Shown piece by piece: positions 47,711 to 56,563 of a stretch of DNA of 64,000 bases. The position numbers and the translations under genes are program-made. The number at the start of each line of letters is the position of its first letter. Within the stretch, counting starts at the first letter, position 1. The DNA is taken from the NCBI GenBank assembly GCA_963847705.1, contig CAWKBC010000032.1, forward strand, positions 480,009-544,008, given 5' to 3'. The notes beneath the pieces were generated by a model. That model was given only the letters and a program-made list of their open reading frames with translations. It did not search any database and was not told where the DNA came from. The stretch is from an uncultured Pseudomonadota bacterium. Lineage in GTDB: Bacteria > Myxococcota_A > Polyangia > Fen-1088.

Positions 47711-48756
47711 CTCGGAATGTGGCTGGCGTAGCGCGAACGGAGATTGTCGTCGCTGAGCACGCGCAGCGCCTCGGCCACGACGGTGCGGATCGCGTCGATC
47801 TCCGCCGCCAGCTCCCCTGCCACCCCCGGATCGAGCGAGTCCGACGCCGTCTCCCGGAGAATCTTCTCGTGCGCGCGCCGCAGGTCGGCGACGCTGGCAT
47901 CGCGCGCGACGCTCAGCACCGCGAAGTAGTCGCCGTTCTCGATCGGGGCGTAGCGCGCCAGGAGGCGCGCCCGCGCGTTCTCCGGCGCCTTGGCCACCAC
48001 GCCCAGCTGCGCGGGCTCGACCTTCTTCGTCGTCTCCCCCGCGAACTCGGCCCGGGCCAGGAGCTCCGGCTGCGGCGGCAGTCTCGGCTTTGCGTCCGGC
48101 CTCGCCGACCGGACGACCTTGGGGGCGATCGCCACCGCCGCGTCCAGCTCGGCGTCGAGGAGCGCGTCGATCCCGGCGCCGAGCTCGGCCAAGAGCGCGC
48201 TGGCGTCGCCCGCCGCGCGCACCGGTGCGATCGGCGCCCCGCCCAGCGCGGCCGCGACGAGCGGTCTCAGCGTGCTGCCCGCCGGGCGGGCCGGGTGCGG
48301 GCCGCTCTTGGGCCGGCCCATGGGGACGGCAAGCGGCGGGGCCGGGCCGAGCCCCATCTCCGTCCGCTCCAGGTCGAGGCTGCTGTCCTTGCGCCGCCGC
48401 GGCGCCCCGAGGGGCGGCGTCAGGATGGCGCGCGCCCGCTCGAGCAGCAGCTCCGGCGCGATCGGCCGGACGAAGAAACCGTCGGCCAGGTCGCGCAGCC
48501 GCGCCTCGTCCGCGGCGTCCCCCACCAGGAAGATCGGGACGCGCCCCCGCGGCACCGCGCGGACCTTGGCCAGCGCCAGCGCCGGATCGGCGTGGACGAT
48601 CTGCGGCGCCATCACGATCAGCTCGGGCCGCGAGGCGGTGATCCAGCCCGAGAGGCTCTCGCCCGGCTCGACCGCCACCGTCTCGAACCCCGCCGAGAGC
48701 GCTGCCTTGCGGATCCGATCCGCTTCGTAGGGCCCGGCAATGATGAGCAGCTTCAT
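47707..48756 (-). CDS. Pseudo-receiver domain + Pro-rich linker + degenerate J-domain-like protein
   Basis: N-terminal receiver fold pattern (RPELIVMA, VPIFLVG, ADGFFVRP); C-terminal DYFAVLSVARDA...EALRVLSD..LRSRY lacking HPD; ATGA overlap with fmt. Confidence 0.75.
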   Translation of the reverse strand: MKLLIIAGPYEADRIRKAALSAGFETVAVEPGESLSGWITASRPELIVMAPQIVHADPALALAKVRAVPRGRVPIFLVGDAADEARLRDLADGFFVRPIAPELLLERARAILTPPLGAPRRRKDSSLDLERTEMGLGPAPPLAVPMGRPKSGPHPARPAGSTLRPLVAAALGGAPIAPVRAAGDASALLAELGAGIDALLDAELDAAVAIAPKVVRSARPDAKPRLPPQPELLARAEFAGETTKKVEPAQLGVVAKAPENARARLLARYAPIENGDYFAVLSVARDASVADLRRAHEKILRETASDSLDPGVAGELAAEIDAIRTVVAEALRVLSDDNLRSRYASHIPR

Positions 48757-48831
48757 CAAACCCGACGAATCTACCAGACCTGCCGGCGCGGCGGACGTTA
48801 CGGACGGGTCGCGGTCAGGGTGACACCCGGC

Positions 48832-51267
48832 CTAAAGTACGCTCTGGGGGTCGACGTCCACGGAGAGGCGCAAATCGGTCCCGGGCTTGGCGGTGCGGGC
48901 GGCCGCGCGCGCCGCCGCCGCCAGCGGGGCCCGCTCCTGCGACGACAGCCAGACCTGCCAGCGGGCCCGGCCGCGCAACCGACCGAGCGGCGCCTCGGCC
49001 GGGCCTCTCACCCGGACCGCGGCCCCGCCGGCGCTGGCGGCCGCCACCGCCGCCGCCGCCGCACCGGCCTTGGCCAGCGCCGGATCGCGCGCGTCCAGCC
49101 GGAGCGCGATCATGCGGGTGAAGGGGGGGTAGCCGGTCAGGCGGCGCTCGTCCAGCTCGTTGCGGACGAACCCGCCGTAGTCGTGCTGAACGACCGCGGT
49201 GATGGCGGCGTGCTCGGGCCGGTAGGTCTGGATGATCACCCGCCCCGGGCGCTCGCCACGGCCGGCGCGCCCCGAGACCTGCTCGAGGAGCTGGAACGTC
49301 CGCTCGGTCGCCCGAAAGTCGGGGAGATCCATCCCCTGATCCGGCTGCAGCACGCCGACCAAGGTGACGCCGGGAAAGTCGTGCCCCTTGGTCACCATCT
49401 GCGTCCCCACCAGCAGATCGATCTCGCGGGCCTGCATCCGCCGCAGGATGGCGTCCAGATCGCGCGCGGCGCCGCTGCCGGCCGTGTCGCGGTCGAGCCG
49501 CGCCACCCGCGCGTCGGGGAAGCGCTCGCGCACGATCGCCTCGACCCGCTCGGTCCCGGTGCCGAGCCGCTCGATCCGCGGCGAGTTGCAGGAGGGGCAA
49601 TGCACCGGCACCGGGGTGGTGCCGCCGCAGTAGTGGCAGCAGAGGCGCGCGCGCCCGCGGTGGTAGGTCATCGAGACCACGCAGTTCTGGCAGCGGACCA
49701 CCTGGCCGCAGGCCCGGCAGAGCATCACCGTCGAGAACCCGCGCCGGTTCAAGAACAGGATGCTCTGCTCGCCGGCGGCCAGCGCCGCGCCGAGGGCGTC
49801 CGACAGCGGCGCCGAGAGCAGGCCGTCGGGACCGGGCGGATGGCGGCGCAGATCGACGATCGTCACCTCCGGCAGCGGGCGTGGCGTCGCCCGCTCGGGG
49901 AGCGACAGCCGCACGAACCGGCCCCGGGCGACGTTGTGGGCGCTCTCCAGCGAGGGCGTGGCCGAGCCGAGGATGGCCAGCGCGCCGGCCTGCTGCGCCC
50001 GGACCAGCGCCAGATCGCGCCCGTGGTAGCGGACCCCCTCTTCCTGCTTGAAGGAGGGATCGTGCTCCTCGTCGACCACCACCACGCCGAGCGCCCGCAC
50101 CGGCGCGAACACCGCCGACCGCGCGCCGAGCGCGATGCCGACCTCGCCCGCGCGGAGCCGCCGCCAGGCCGCCAGGCGCTCGCGGGGCGGCAGCCCGCTG
50201 TGCAGCACCGCCACGTCCTCGCCGAAGCGCGCCCGGAACCGCGAGGCCAGCTGCGGCGTCAGGGCGATCTCCGGCACCAGGACCAGGGCGCCCTGCCCGG
50301 CCGCGCGTGCCGCCGCGATGACCTGCAGGTAGACCTCCGTCTTGCCGGAGCCGGTCACGCCGTGCAGGAGAAAGCTGGCAAACCCGCCCCCGAGCGCGGC
50401 GCGCAACGCGTCCACCGCCGCCGCCTGCGCCGCGTTCAGCGACAAGACCGAGGGAGCGATCGTGGGCGGTGCCGGCGCCTGGCCTTGCCCGATGGGCCGA
50501 TGCTCGACCTGCGCCAGCCCCGCCATCGACAGCGCCCGCAGGTGCGTCCGTTCGGTGGCCGTCAACGACGCGAGCGGCAGACCGTCGGCGCCCGCCGCCG
50601 CGATCTTGGCCATGGTCGAACGCCGGATCGCCGCCCGCTTGGGCAGCGCTTTTTCCCATTCGCCGCCGGTCGCGAGCGCCAGCGCCAGCGTCGGAACCGG
50701 CCGCCGGCGCTCGACCTCGTCGCCCATCTCGACGAGCCCGGATTCGGCCAGGCGTGGCAGCGGGCCGCGCGCGCGGGGCACCAGCCTGAAGAGACGCGCC
50801 AGGGGGAGCTCACCCCCGGCGTCGGCCAGCGCGCCCAACACCGGGTCGCGCGGCGCGTCCGCCACCAGGGTTCCCTGGCGATCGAGCGCGCGCCGGCCGA
50901 GCTCGGTCAACCGGACCGCGCGCTTGGCGCTGGCCTGCTCCCCCTGCGGCAGCGCGGCGCGCAGCACCTCACCGAGCGGCGCCTGGTAGTAGTCGGCGGT
51001 CCAGCGACAGAAGGCGATCATCGCTTCGTCAAAGGCCGGCTCGCCCCCGACCACCTCTTCGATGTCGCGCGGCTCGATGCCGGCCTCGCGCCCCGTTGCT
51101 CCGTGCCCGACGACGAATCCCGTCACCGTGCGCGTGCCGAACGGCACCACCACCTGCGCGCCCACCGCCGCCGCGCCCGGACGGGGATCGCGGTAGGTGA
51201 AGGTCCCCGGCACCGGCAGCGCCACCGCCACCTCGAGCAGCGCGCCAGGGACTTCGGCGTCCGTCAC
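48832..51267 (-). CDS. priA: Primosomal protein N' helicase
   Basis: GVTGSGKTEVY, VPEIALT, DEEH, SATP, four CxxC pairs, GTQMVTKG, QVSGRAGR, DVDP. Confidence 0.96.
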   Translation of the reverse strand: MTDAEVPGALLEVAVALPVPGTFTYRDPRPGAAAVGAQVVVPFGTRTVTGFVVGHGATGREAGIEPRDIEEVVGGEPAFDEAMIAFCRWTADYYQAPLGEVLRAALPQGEQASAKRAVRLTELGRRALDRQGTLVADAPRDPVLGALADAGGELPLARLFRLVPRARGPLPRLAESGLVEMGDEVERRRPVPTLALALATGGEWEKALPKRAAIRRSTMAKIAAAGADGLPLASLTATERTHLRALSMAGLAQVEHRPIGQGQAPAPPTIAPSVLSLNAAQAAAVDALRAALGGGFASFLLHGVTGSGKTEVYLQVIAAARAAGQGALVLVPEIALTPQLASRFRARFGEDVAVLHSGLPPRERLAAWRRLRAGEVGIALGARSAVFAPVRALGVVVVDEEHDPSFKQEEGVRYHGRDLALVRAQQAGALAILGSATPSLESAHNVARGRFVRLSLPERATPRPLPEVTIVDLRRHPPGPDGLLSAPLSDALGAALAAGEQSILFLNRRGFSTVMLCRACGQVVRCQNCVVSMTYHRGRARLCCHYCGGTTPVPVHCPSCNSPRIERLGTGTERVEAIVRERFPDARVARLDRDTAGSGAARDLDAILRRMQAREIDLLVGTQMVTKGHDFPGVTLVGVLQPDQGMDLPDFRATERTFQLLEQVSGRAGRGERPGRVIIQTYRPEHAAITAVVQHDYGGFVRNELDERRLTGYPPFTRMIALRLDARDPALAKAGAAAAAVAAASAGGAAVRVRGPAEAPLGRLRGRARWQVWLSSQERAPLAAAARAAARTAKPGTDLRLSVDVDPQSVL

Positions 51268-52136
51268 TTCCGGAGCAGCTTCTCGATCCCCGCGCGCACG
51301 TCGTCGCGGATGTCGTCGCGCTTGAGCGCGTAGTGAACCATCGCCACCACGTAGCCCGCGCGATCGCCGACGTCGAAGCGATCCCCTTCGACCTCCAGCC
51401 CATGAAGGCCGCTGCGGGCGCACAACGTGGCCAGGCCGTCGGTCAGCTGAATCTCGCCGCCGCGGCCGGGTGGCGTGTCGCCCAGGATCTGAAAGATCTC
51501 CGGCGGCAACACGTAGCGCCCGATCACCGCGGCGCGCGAGCTGGTCGTCCCCGGCGCTGGCTTTTCGACCAGCTTGCTGATCTTGAGCCCGCGCGCGCCG
51601 TCACGCTCGCCGTCGGCGATCCCGTACATGTGCGTCTGATCGGCCGGGACCTCTTTCAGCGCGATGACGCCGGTGCCGAGCCGCTGGTAGGCCTCGATGA
51701 GCTGGCCGATCCCCGGGACCTTGGCGTCGAGCAGATCGTCGCCGAGCAGCACGGCGAACGGCTCGTCCCCGACCGCCGAGCGCGCGCAGAGCACCGCGTG
51801 CCCGAGGCCGCGCGGCTCCCCCTGCCGCACCGAAGAGAAGCGCGCCAGCTCCGTCGGCTTGCGCACGCGGGCGAGATCGTCCTTCTTCCCGCGGCGTTCG
51901 AGCATCGCCTCCAGCTCGGGCGCGCGATCGAAGTGGTCTTCCAGGGACGACTTGCCGCGCGCGGTGACGAAGATGATCTCCTCGATCCCGGCCGCCACGC
52001 ACTCCTCGACGATGATCTGAATGCTGGGGACGTCGACGAGAGGCAGCATCTCTTTCGGCATCGCCTTGGTGGCGGGCAGAAAGCGCGTCCCCAGACCGGC
52101 CACCGGCAGCACCGCTTTGCGAACTTTTGCGTTCAT
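51264..52136 (-). CDS. galU: UTP-glucose-1-phosphate uridylyltransferase
   Basis: PVAGLGTRFLPATKAMPKEMLP, GLGHAV, GEIQLTD. Confidence 0.96.
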   Translation of the reverse strand: MNAKVRKAVLPVAGLGTRFLPATKAMPKEMLPLVDVPSIQIIVEECVAAGIEEIIFVTARGKSSLEDHFDRAPELEAMLERRGKKDDLARVRKPTELARFSSVRQGEPRGLGHAVLCARSAVGDEPFAVLLGDDLLDAKVPGIGQLIEAYQRLGTGVIALKEVPADQTHMYGIADGERDGARGLKISKLVEKPAPGTTSSRAAVIGRYVLPPEIFQILGDTPPGRGGEIQLTDGLATLCARSGLHGLEVEGDRFDVGDRAGYVVAMVHYALKRDDIRDDVRAGIEKLLRK

Positions 52137-52148
52137 AGGGCCTCCATC

Positions 52149-53319
52149 TTAAGCCCGCTTCCAGCCCACGGCACCAGGAACCGTTGCAGGAACCGATGCA
52201 GGAACCGTTGCAGGAACCGTGGGGGCCACGGTGGAGCCCGGCGCTTCCGTCCGAGCGGACGGCGGCGACGCCGCGGAGGTCGCCTCCCCCATCCCGTACA
52301 CCACCCGCAACACCTCGGCGACGGCCTCGTAGAGCGCGGCCGGGATCTCCTCCCCCTCGGGCAGCCCCCGCAGCGAGCGCGCCAGCGTCACGTCGCGGAA
52401 GATCGGCACGCCGGCCTCCCGCGCCACCTGCTTGATCCGCTCGGCCAGCAGGCGCTCCCCGCTGGCGATGACGACCGGCGCCGCGTCGCCGTCGCGGTCG
52501 TAGCGCAGCGCCACCGCGATGTGATCAGGATTCACCACCACGAAGTCCGCTTTTCGGACCTCCGCCACCATTCGTTGCTCCATCAGCTCGCGGTGGAGGC
52601 GCTGGCGCTCGGCGCGGTGGCTCGGGATCCCCCTCGGACTCCTTGCTCTCCCGCTTGACCTCGTCGCGGGTCATCATGATCTTCCGCCGGTGCTGCCGGT
52701 GGACGAAGAGGTAGTCGGCGACGCCCAGGGCCAGCGCCACCAGCGCCACCCGCTCCGCCAGGCGCGACGCCAGCAGGCCCAGCACCTGCAGTGTCCGACC
52801 CGCGCTCATCCCGGCCAGCGCCGCGACCCCGCCCAGGAGCGGCCGGACGGTGACCCAGGCCAGCACGGCGACCAGCGTGACCTTCAATAGCCCCTTCACG
52901 ACCTGGAGGGCCGCCTGCCCGCCCAACATCCGCTTCAGGCCAGAGGCCGGCGAAAGGCGGCCGAGGTCGGGCTTGACGGCCCCCAGCGCCACCAGCCCCC
53001 GCGTCTGCAACATCCCCGCGCCAAGCGCGAGCGCGCAGGCCGCCGCCAGGGGGACGGCCAGGACGCCCGCCAGCACGGTGGCGCCCCCCACCAGCGCCTC
53101 CGCCGGTGCGGCGCCCGCGGGCGCCGCCGCCAGCGCGCCGCGCCAGTAGGCCAGCAGCCGGGCCACGCTCTCCGGCCCGCCGGCCACGAGCGCCAGCAGC
53201 GCCGCCGTCATCGCTGCCGCCGACACCAGGTCGCGGCTGTAGGCGATTTCTCCCCGTCCGCGGGCCTCGTCCAGGCGCTTCTGGGTCGGCTCCTCGGTCG
53301 GCTCCCCGGATGCGGCCAC
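52149..53319 (-). CDS. flhB: FlhB/SctU export-switch protein, split by a +1 frameshift near 52626
   Basis: TEEPTQKRLDEARGRG, MTRDEVKRE.KESEGDP in frame 1; HRELM..VVVNPDHIAVALRY, LARSL, EIP..LYEAVA in the next frame. Confidence 0.9.
52175..52220. repeat. 12-bp tandem repeat in flhB 3' end
   Basis: CAGGAACCGTTG about 4 copies, encoding TVPA-TVPA-SVPA-TVP. Confidence 0.8.
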
Positions 53320-53378
53320 GCGACGCGCCCTTCCCCTGGCCGAGCCGGACCCTGCCTACCCGTTTCCTACCTGTCGCC

Positions 53379-54119
53379 CTACTTGCCCGCGGGCGGCCCG
53401 CCGCCGGCGGCGCCAGAGCCAGCCATCATCTCCTTCATGAGAGCGGCCTGATCGAACGGCTTGGTCTTCTTGGTGATGCTCGACTTGGCGTCCTTGCCGA
53501 CCGCCGTCAGCTCCATCTTGATCGGGCCGTTGATCATCGGGTTGTTCTTCTGGGTCATCTCGATCTTGACCAGGCCGATCGGCGCCACGCTCTCGGTGAC
53601 CCAGTAGTCGACCGTGTCCCCCTGGGGCGTCGTGTCGTGATAGTGCTTCGTCTTGTACGAGCCGGCGGCGACCTTGATGGTCTCCTCTTTCACCAGCGTC
53701 TTCGGGTTGGGCTTGGCGAACTGGTGCGCCTGCGCCTCCGGGATCGGCATCTCCATCGGATCATTGGCGCCGACCTGCAGCACCTGCTTCTGAACGCTGC
53801 CGGTCGACCCAGGGGCCAGCGTCATCTGGGTGACGACGTTCCCGGCGCGCGCCGCCATCCCACCTTCGACCGACATCTCCAGGCTGTTGCCGGCGGCAGA
53901 GCGGCTCACCAGTGCCATCTTCATGGTCATGGGCGGCATCGTCCCCATGGCCATGCTGTATTTGGCCCAGCTTCCGACGGTGATCTTGGAGAGCTCCGTC
54001 GCCATGGGCGTGGGCGGCCCCTGGGTCATCTGGGCCGACGCGATGCCCGGAGAAATGACCGGAAGAGCGACGATCGTTGCGACGAAGAGGAGGACCAGCA
54101 GACGGGGGGAGCGCGACAT
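53379..54119 (-). CDS. Secreted Met-rich beta protein of unknown function
   Basis: Signal peptide ending ASA; VGSWAKY, EETIKVAAGSY, YWVTESVAPIGLVK; ATG 7 nt after TATGCT. Confidence 0.8.
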   Translation of the reverse strand: MSRSPRLLVLLFVATIVALPVISPGIASAQMTQGPPTPMATELSKITVGSWAKYSMAMGTMPPMTMKMALVSRSAAGNSLEMSVEGGMAARAGNVVTQMTLAPGSTGSVQKQVLQVGANDPMEMPIPEAQAHQFAKPNPKTLVKEETIKVAAGSYKTKHYHDTTPQGDTVDYWVTESVAPIGLVKIEMTQKNNPMINGPIKMELTAVGKDAKSSITKKTKPFDQAALMKEMMAGSGAAGGGPPAGK

Positions 54120-54190
54120 GGGGCGGAGCATAGGCGACGTCCCGAGCGGCGTCCATCGCGCGACGGCGCCGGCCGGCGCGGGTCTCGTCC

Positions 54191-54991
54191 TCATCGAAAC
54201 GACGCCGTCGTTCGCCCGATCAGCCGGAACCAGTCGGCGAAGTCACCGGCCAGCACGCCTTCGAGCACACCGAGGCTGACGAGGACCAGGCCGATCGCCA
54301 GGAGCCCCTTGAGCGGCAGGCCGATGAAGTAGACCGGCACCTGCGGCGCCGCGCGCGCCACCAGACCGAGCGCCAGATCGGTCAGCCAGAGGGCCACGAT
54401 GACCGGCGCCGCCAGCGCCACGCCCGAGGCGATGAGGCGCGCCGACGCGGCGGTGACGATGGCCGCCGCCTGTCGCGCCGAGCCGGCGTCGAGCCCGCCG
54501 CCGACGGGGAGCACGCGGTAGCTGTCGAGGAGCGCCTGGCAGAGACGGGGGACGCCCCCGATCTGAAGAAAGACGACCGTCGCCAGCAAGAGGTAGAGCA
54601 CGCCGAGCGGGCTCGAACGCTCCTCGGCGGTCGGGACCAGGATCTCGGCGATGTTGGCCCCCCGCAGGGTGTCCGAGAGGCGACCGGCGATCTCGGCGGC
54701 GCGAAAGGCGGCCGAGGCGACGAACCCCAGACAGAGCCCGACCAGCACCTCGCGTCCGAACAGCAGCGCCAGCGCCGGCGCCGAAGCCTGCCCCAGCGCC
54801 GCCGCCCCGGCCGACGCGGCCAGGATGGGGGAGGCCAGCGCCGCCAGCAACAGGGCCAGCCCCACCCGCGCGGGCGCCGGGAGGCGCGGGCCGCCGAGCG
54901 GGGCCACCATCCAGACGATCGGCGTCGCGCGCGCCGCGCCGAGCGCGATCGGCAGGACGAGGACCGCCAGGCGATCGTCGGCGCCGGTCAT
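54191..54991 (-). CDS. fliR: FliR/SctT export-gate protein
   Basis: REVLVG, AAEIAG, LALGLVARAAPQVPVYFIGLPLK. Confidence 0.9.
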   Translation of the reverse strand: MTGADDRLAVLVLPIALGAARATPIVWMVAPLGGPRLPAPARVGLALLLAALASPILAASAGAAALGQASAPALALLFGREVLVGLCLGFVASAAFRAAEIAGRLSDTLRGANIAEILVPTAEERSSPLGVLYLLLATVVFLQIGGVPRLCQALLDSYRVLPVGGGLDAGSARQAAAIVTAASARLIASGVALAAPVIVALWLTDLALGLVARAAPQVPVYFIGLPLKGLLAIGLVLVSLGVLEGVLAGDFADWFRLIGRTTASFR

Positions 54992-54996
54992 GACGT

Positions 54997-55272
54997 TCAG
55001 CGCACCGCGGGGATCGCCAGGAACAGCGCCTGCGTGAACCGGACCAGCGACGCCCCCAGCACCGGCCCCATCGCCGCCAGCACGCCCATCACGATCACCA
55101 GCTTGGGGACGAAGGCGAGTGTCTGATCTTGAAGCTGCGTCGCCGCCTGGAGCAACCCGACGACGAAGCCGACCACCAGGCTGGCGATGAGCGGCGGCGC
55201 GGAGAGCAGCAGCACCAGGATCAGCCCCTCCCGGATCGCCCGCAGCACCAGCTCGGTCGCGGCGCCGCTCAC
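54997..55272 (-). CDS. fliQ: FliQ/SctS export-gate protein
   Basis: LLQAATQLQDQTLAFVPKL; GTGA overlap with fliP. Confidence 0.93.
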   Translation of the reverse strand: MSGAATELVLRAIREGLILVLLLSAPPLIASLVVGFVVGLLQAATQLQDQTLAFVPKLVIVMGVLAAMGPVLGASLVRFTQALFLAIPAVR

Positions 55273-56057
55273 AGGTAACTCTCCAGGAGGCCCCGGATCA
55301 CCAGGTTCCATCCGTCGCAAAGAACGAAGAGCAGCAACTTGAAGGGGAGCGACACGGTGGTCGGCGACAGCATGTGCATCCCCAGCGCCAGCAGCAGGTT
55401 GGCGATCACCATGTCGACCACCAGAAACGGGATGAAGAGCAAGAAGCCGATCTGGAAGGCGCGCCGCAGCTCGCAGGTGACGAAGGCGGGGACGAGCACG
55501 CCGAAGTCGCGGTCGGTCACCGACGCGCGCTCGGCCGCCGGGCGCATCTTGAGCGCCAGCGCAAAGAACGACGCGCGATCGCCGCTGCCGGTGTGCTTGA
55601 GCAGAAACTCGCGCAGCGGCTCCTTGCCCCGGTCGGCGGCGGTCTCCAGCGCCACGATCGTCTCGCCGCTGGTCAGGTCGGCGCCGGCCGCCATCCCCAG
55701 CGTCGGCGCGATGGCGGCGTACATCCGCTCGCCCGTCGGGGCCATGACCGCGATGGTCAGCACCATCGCCAGCCCGGTCAGCACCTGCGTCGGAGGGACC
55801 GAGGGGGTGCCGATCGCGCTGCGCAGGATCGACAGCACGACGGAGATCCGCACGAATGACGTCACCATCAAGAAGGCGAACGGGATCAGCGACAGCGCCG
55901 CCATCGCCAGGATCAGGACCAAAGGCCGCGAGGCGATCCCGGCGTCGTGGCCATGCGCCGTCGAGGCGGCCCGGGCCAGCGCCGGCGCCAGCAGCACGAC
56001 GACGCCCGTCGCCCACCCCGCCAACCGTCCTGCCGAGCTTCCCGCGGCCCGGTTCAC
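55269..56057 (-). CDS. fliP: FliP/SctR export-gate protein with signal peptide
   Basis: MVTSFVRI, VPPTQVL, PAFV.CEL..AFQIGF, LGMHMLSP..VSLPFKLLLF..DGW; GTGA overlap with fliO. Confidence 0.94.
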   Translation of the reverse strand: MNRAAGSSAGRLAGWATGVVVLLAPALARAASTAHGHDAGIASRPLVLILAMAALSLIPFAFLMVTSFVRISVVLSILRSAIGTPSVPPTQVLTGLAMVLTIAVMAPTGERMYAAIAPTLGMAAGADLTSGETIVALETAADRGKEPLREFLLKHTGSGDRASFFALALKMRPAAERASVTDRDFGVLVPAFVTCELRRAFQIGFLLFIPFLVVDMVIANLLLALGMHMLSPTTVSLPFKLLLFVLCDGWNLVIRGLLESYL

Positions 56058-56458
56058 GCGTGCTCCTCGGAGGCCACGGCCGGCGCCTCGCTCTTGGGCG
56101 GCTCTGTGGTTCGCCTCCCCAGGGCGCGCGCCAGCACCTCGGCGAAGCCAGGCGCCGCAACGCTCGCCTCCCGGGCGGCCTTCAACTTGTCGCCGTCCAG
56201 CTCGGCCAGGACCGTCATCGGCCCTTCGCCCACGCCAACCAGGAACGAACGACCGGCCGCCTCGATGACGTAAACCGACCGCCGCGGCTCCAACGGACAG
56301 CGCGCAATCACCCGCACCGCGCCCGAAGCCTTCCCCACCCCTCGCCCCGCCAGCAGCCGCAACGCCCCCCAGGCAACCAGGCAAACCACGCCCAACGACG
56401 CCAGCGACAACATCACCGACGACCACCCCACCCCCGGCACCTGCCCCGCAACGTCCAT
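56054..56458 (-). CDS. fliO: FliO-like protein
   Basis: Single TM then VRVIARCPLEPRRSVYVIEAAGRSFLVGVGE..MTVLAEL; directly upstream of fliP. Confidence 0.85.
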   Translation of the reverse strand: MDVAGQVPGVGWSSVMLSLASLGVVCLVAWGALRLLAGRGVGKASGAVRVIARCPLEPRRSVYVIEAAGRSFLVGVGEGPMTVLAELDGDKLKAAREASVAAPGFAEVLARALGRRTTEPPKSEAPAVASEEHA

Positions 56459-56464
56459 CCAGCG

Positions 56465-56495
56465 CTTATACGTCAGCCCACAGCCGTGCTGTCAA
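56465..56495 (-). promoter_or_regulatory. Candidate sigma70 promoter for fliO (leaderless)
   Basis: TTGACA 56495-56490, 19-nt spacer, TATAAG 56470-56465, ATG 6 nt later, no RBS. Confidence 0.5.
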
Positions 56496-56563
56496 TCACA
56501 GACAGCGCCAGGCCTTTCGCTGCAGCGCCAGGGTGGTCAGCGCAGGCGGTCTTCGCCGACCAA

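Noticed and set aside
47653-51333. 1226-aa plus-strand ORF, and similar long antisense ORFs (7628..10132, 20736..22961, 35204..37363, 42935..44734)
   Set aside because: Shadow frames opposite clear genes, as expected in high-GC DNA; no recognisable motifs
18729-53319. Pseudogene or programmed-frameshift calls for kup, esterase, ytxH-like, fmt and flhB
   Set aside because: One lesion per gene, no other decay, no canonical slippery heptamer, and a shared GATC context; sequencing error is more parsimonious, though unproven without reads
52149-56458. Evidence of a functional flagellum or full injectisome
   Set aside because: Only gate components are present in the window; structural, ATPase and FlhA genes are missing
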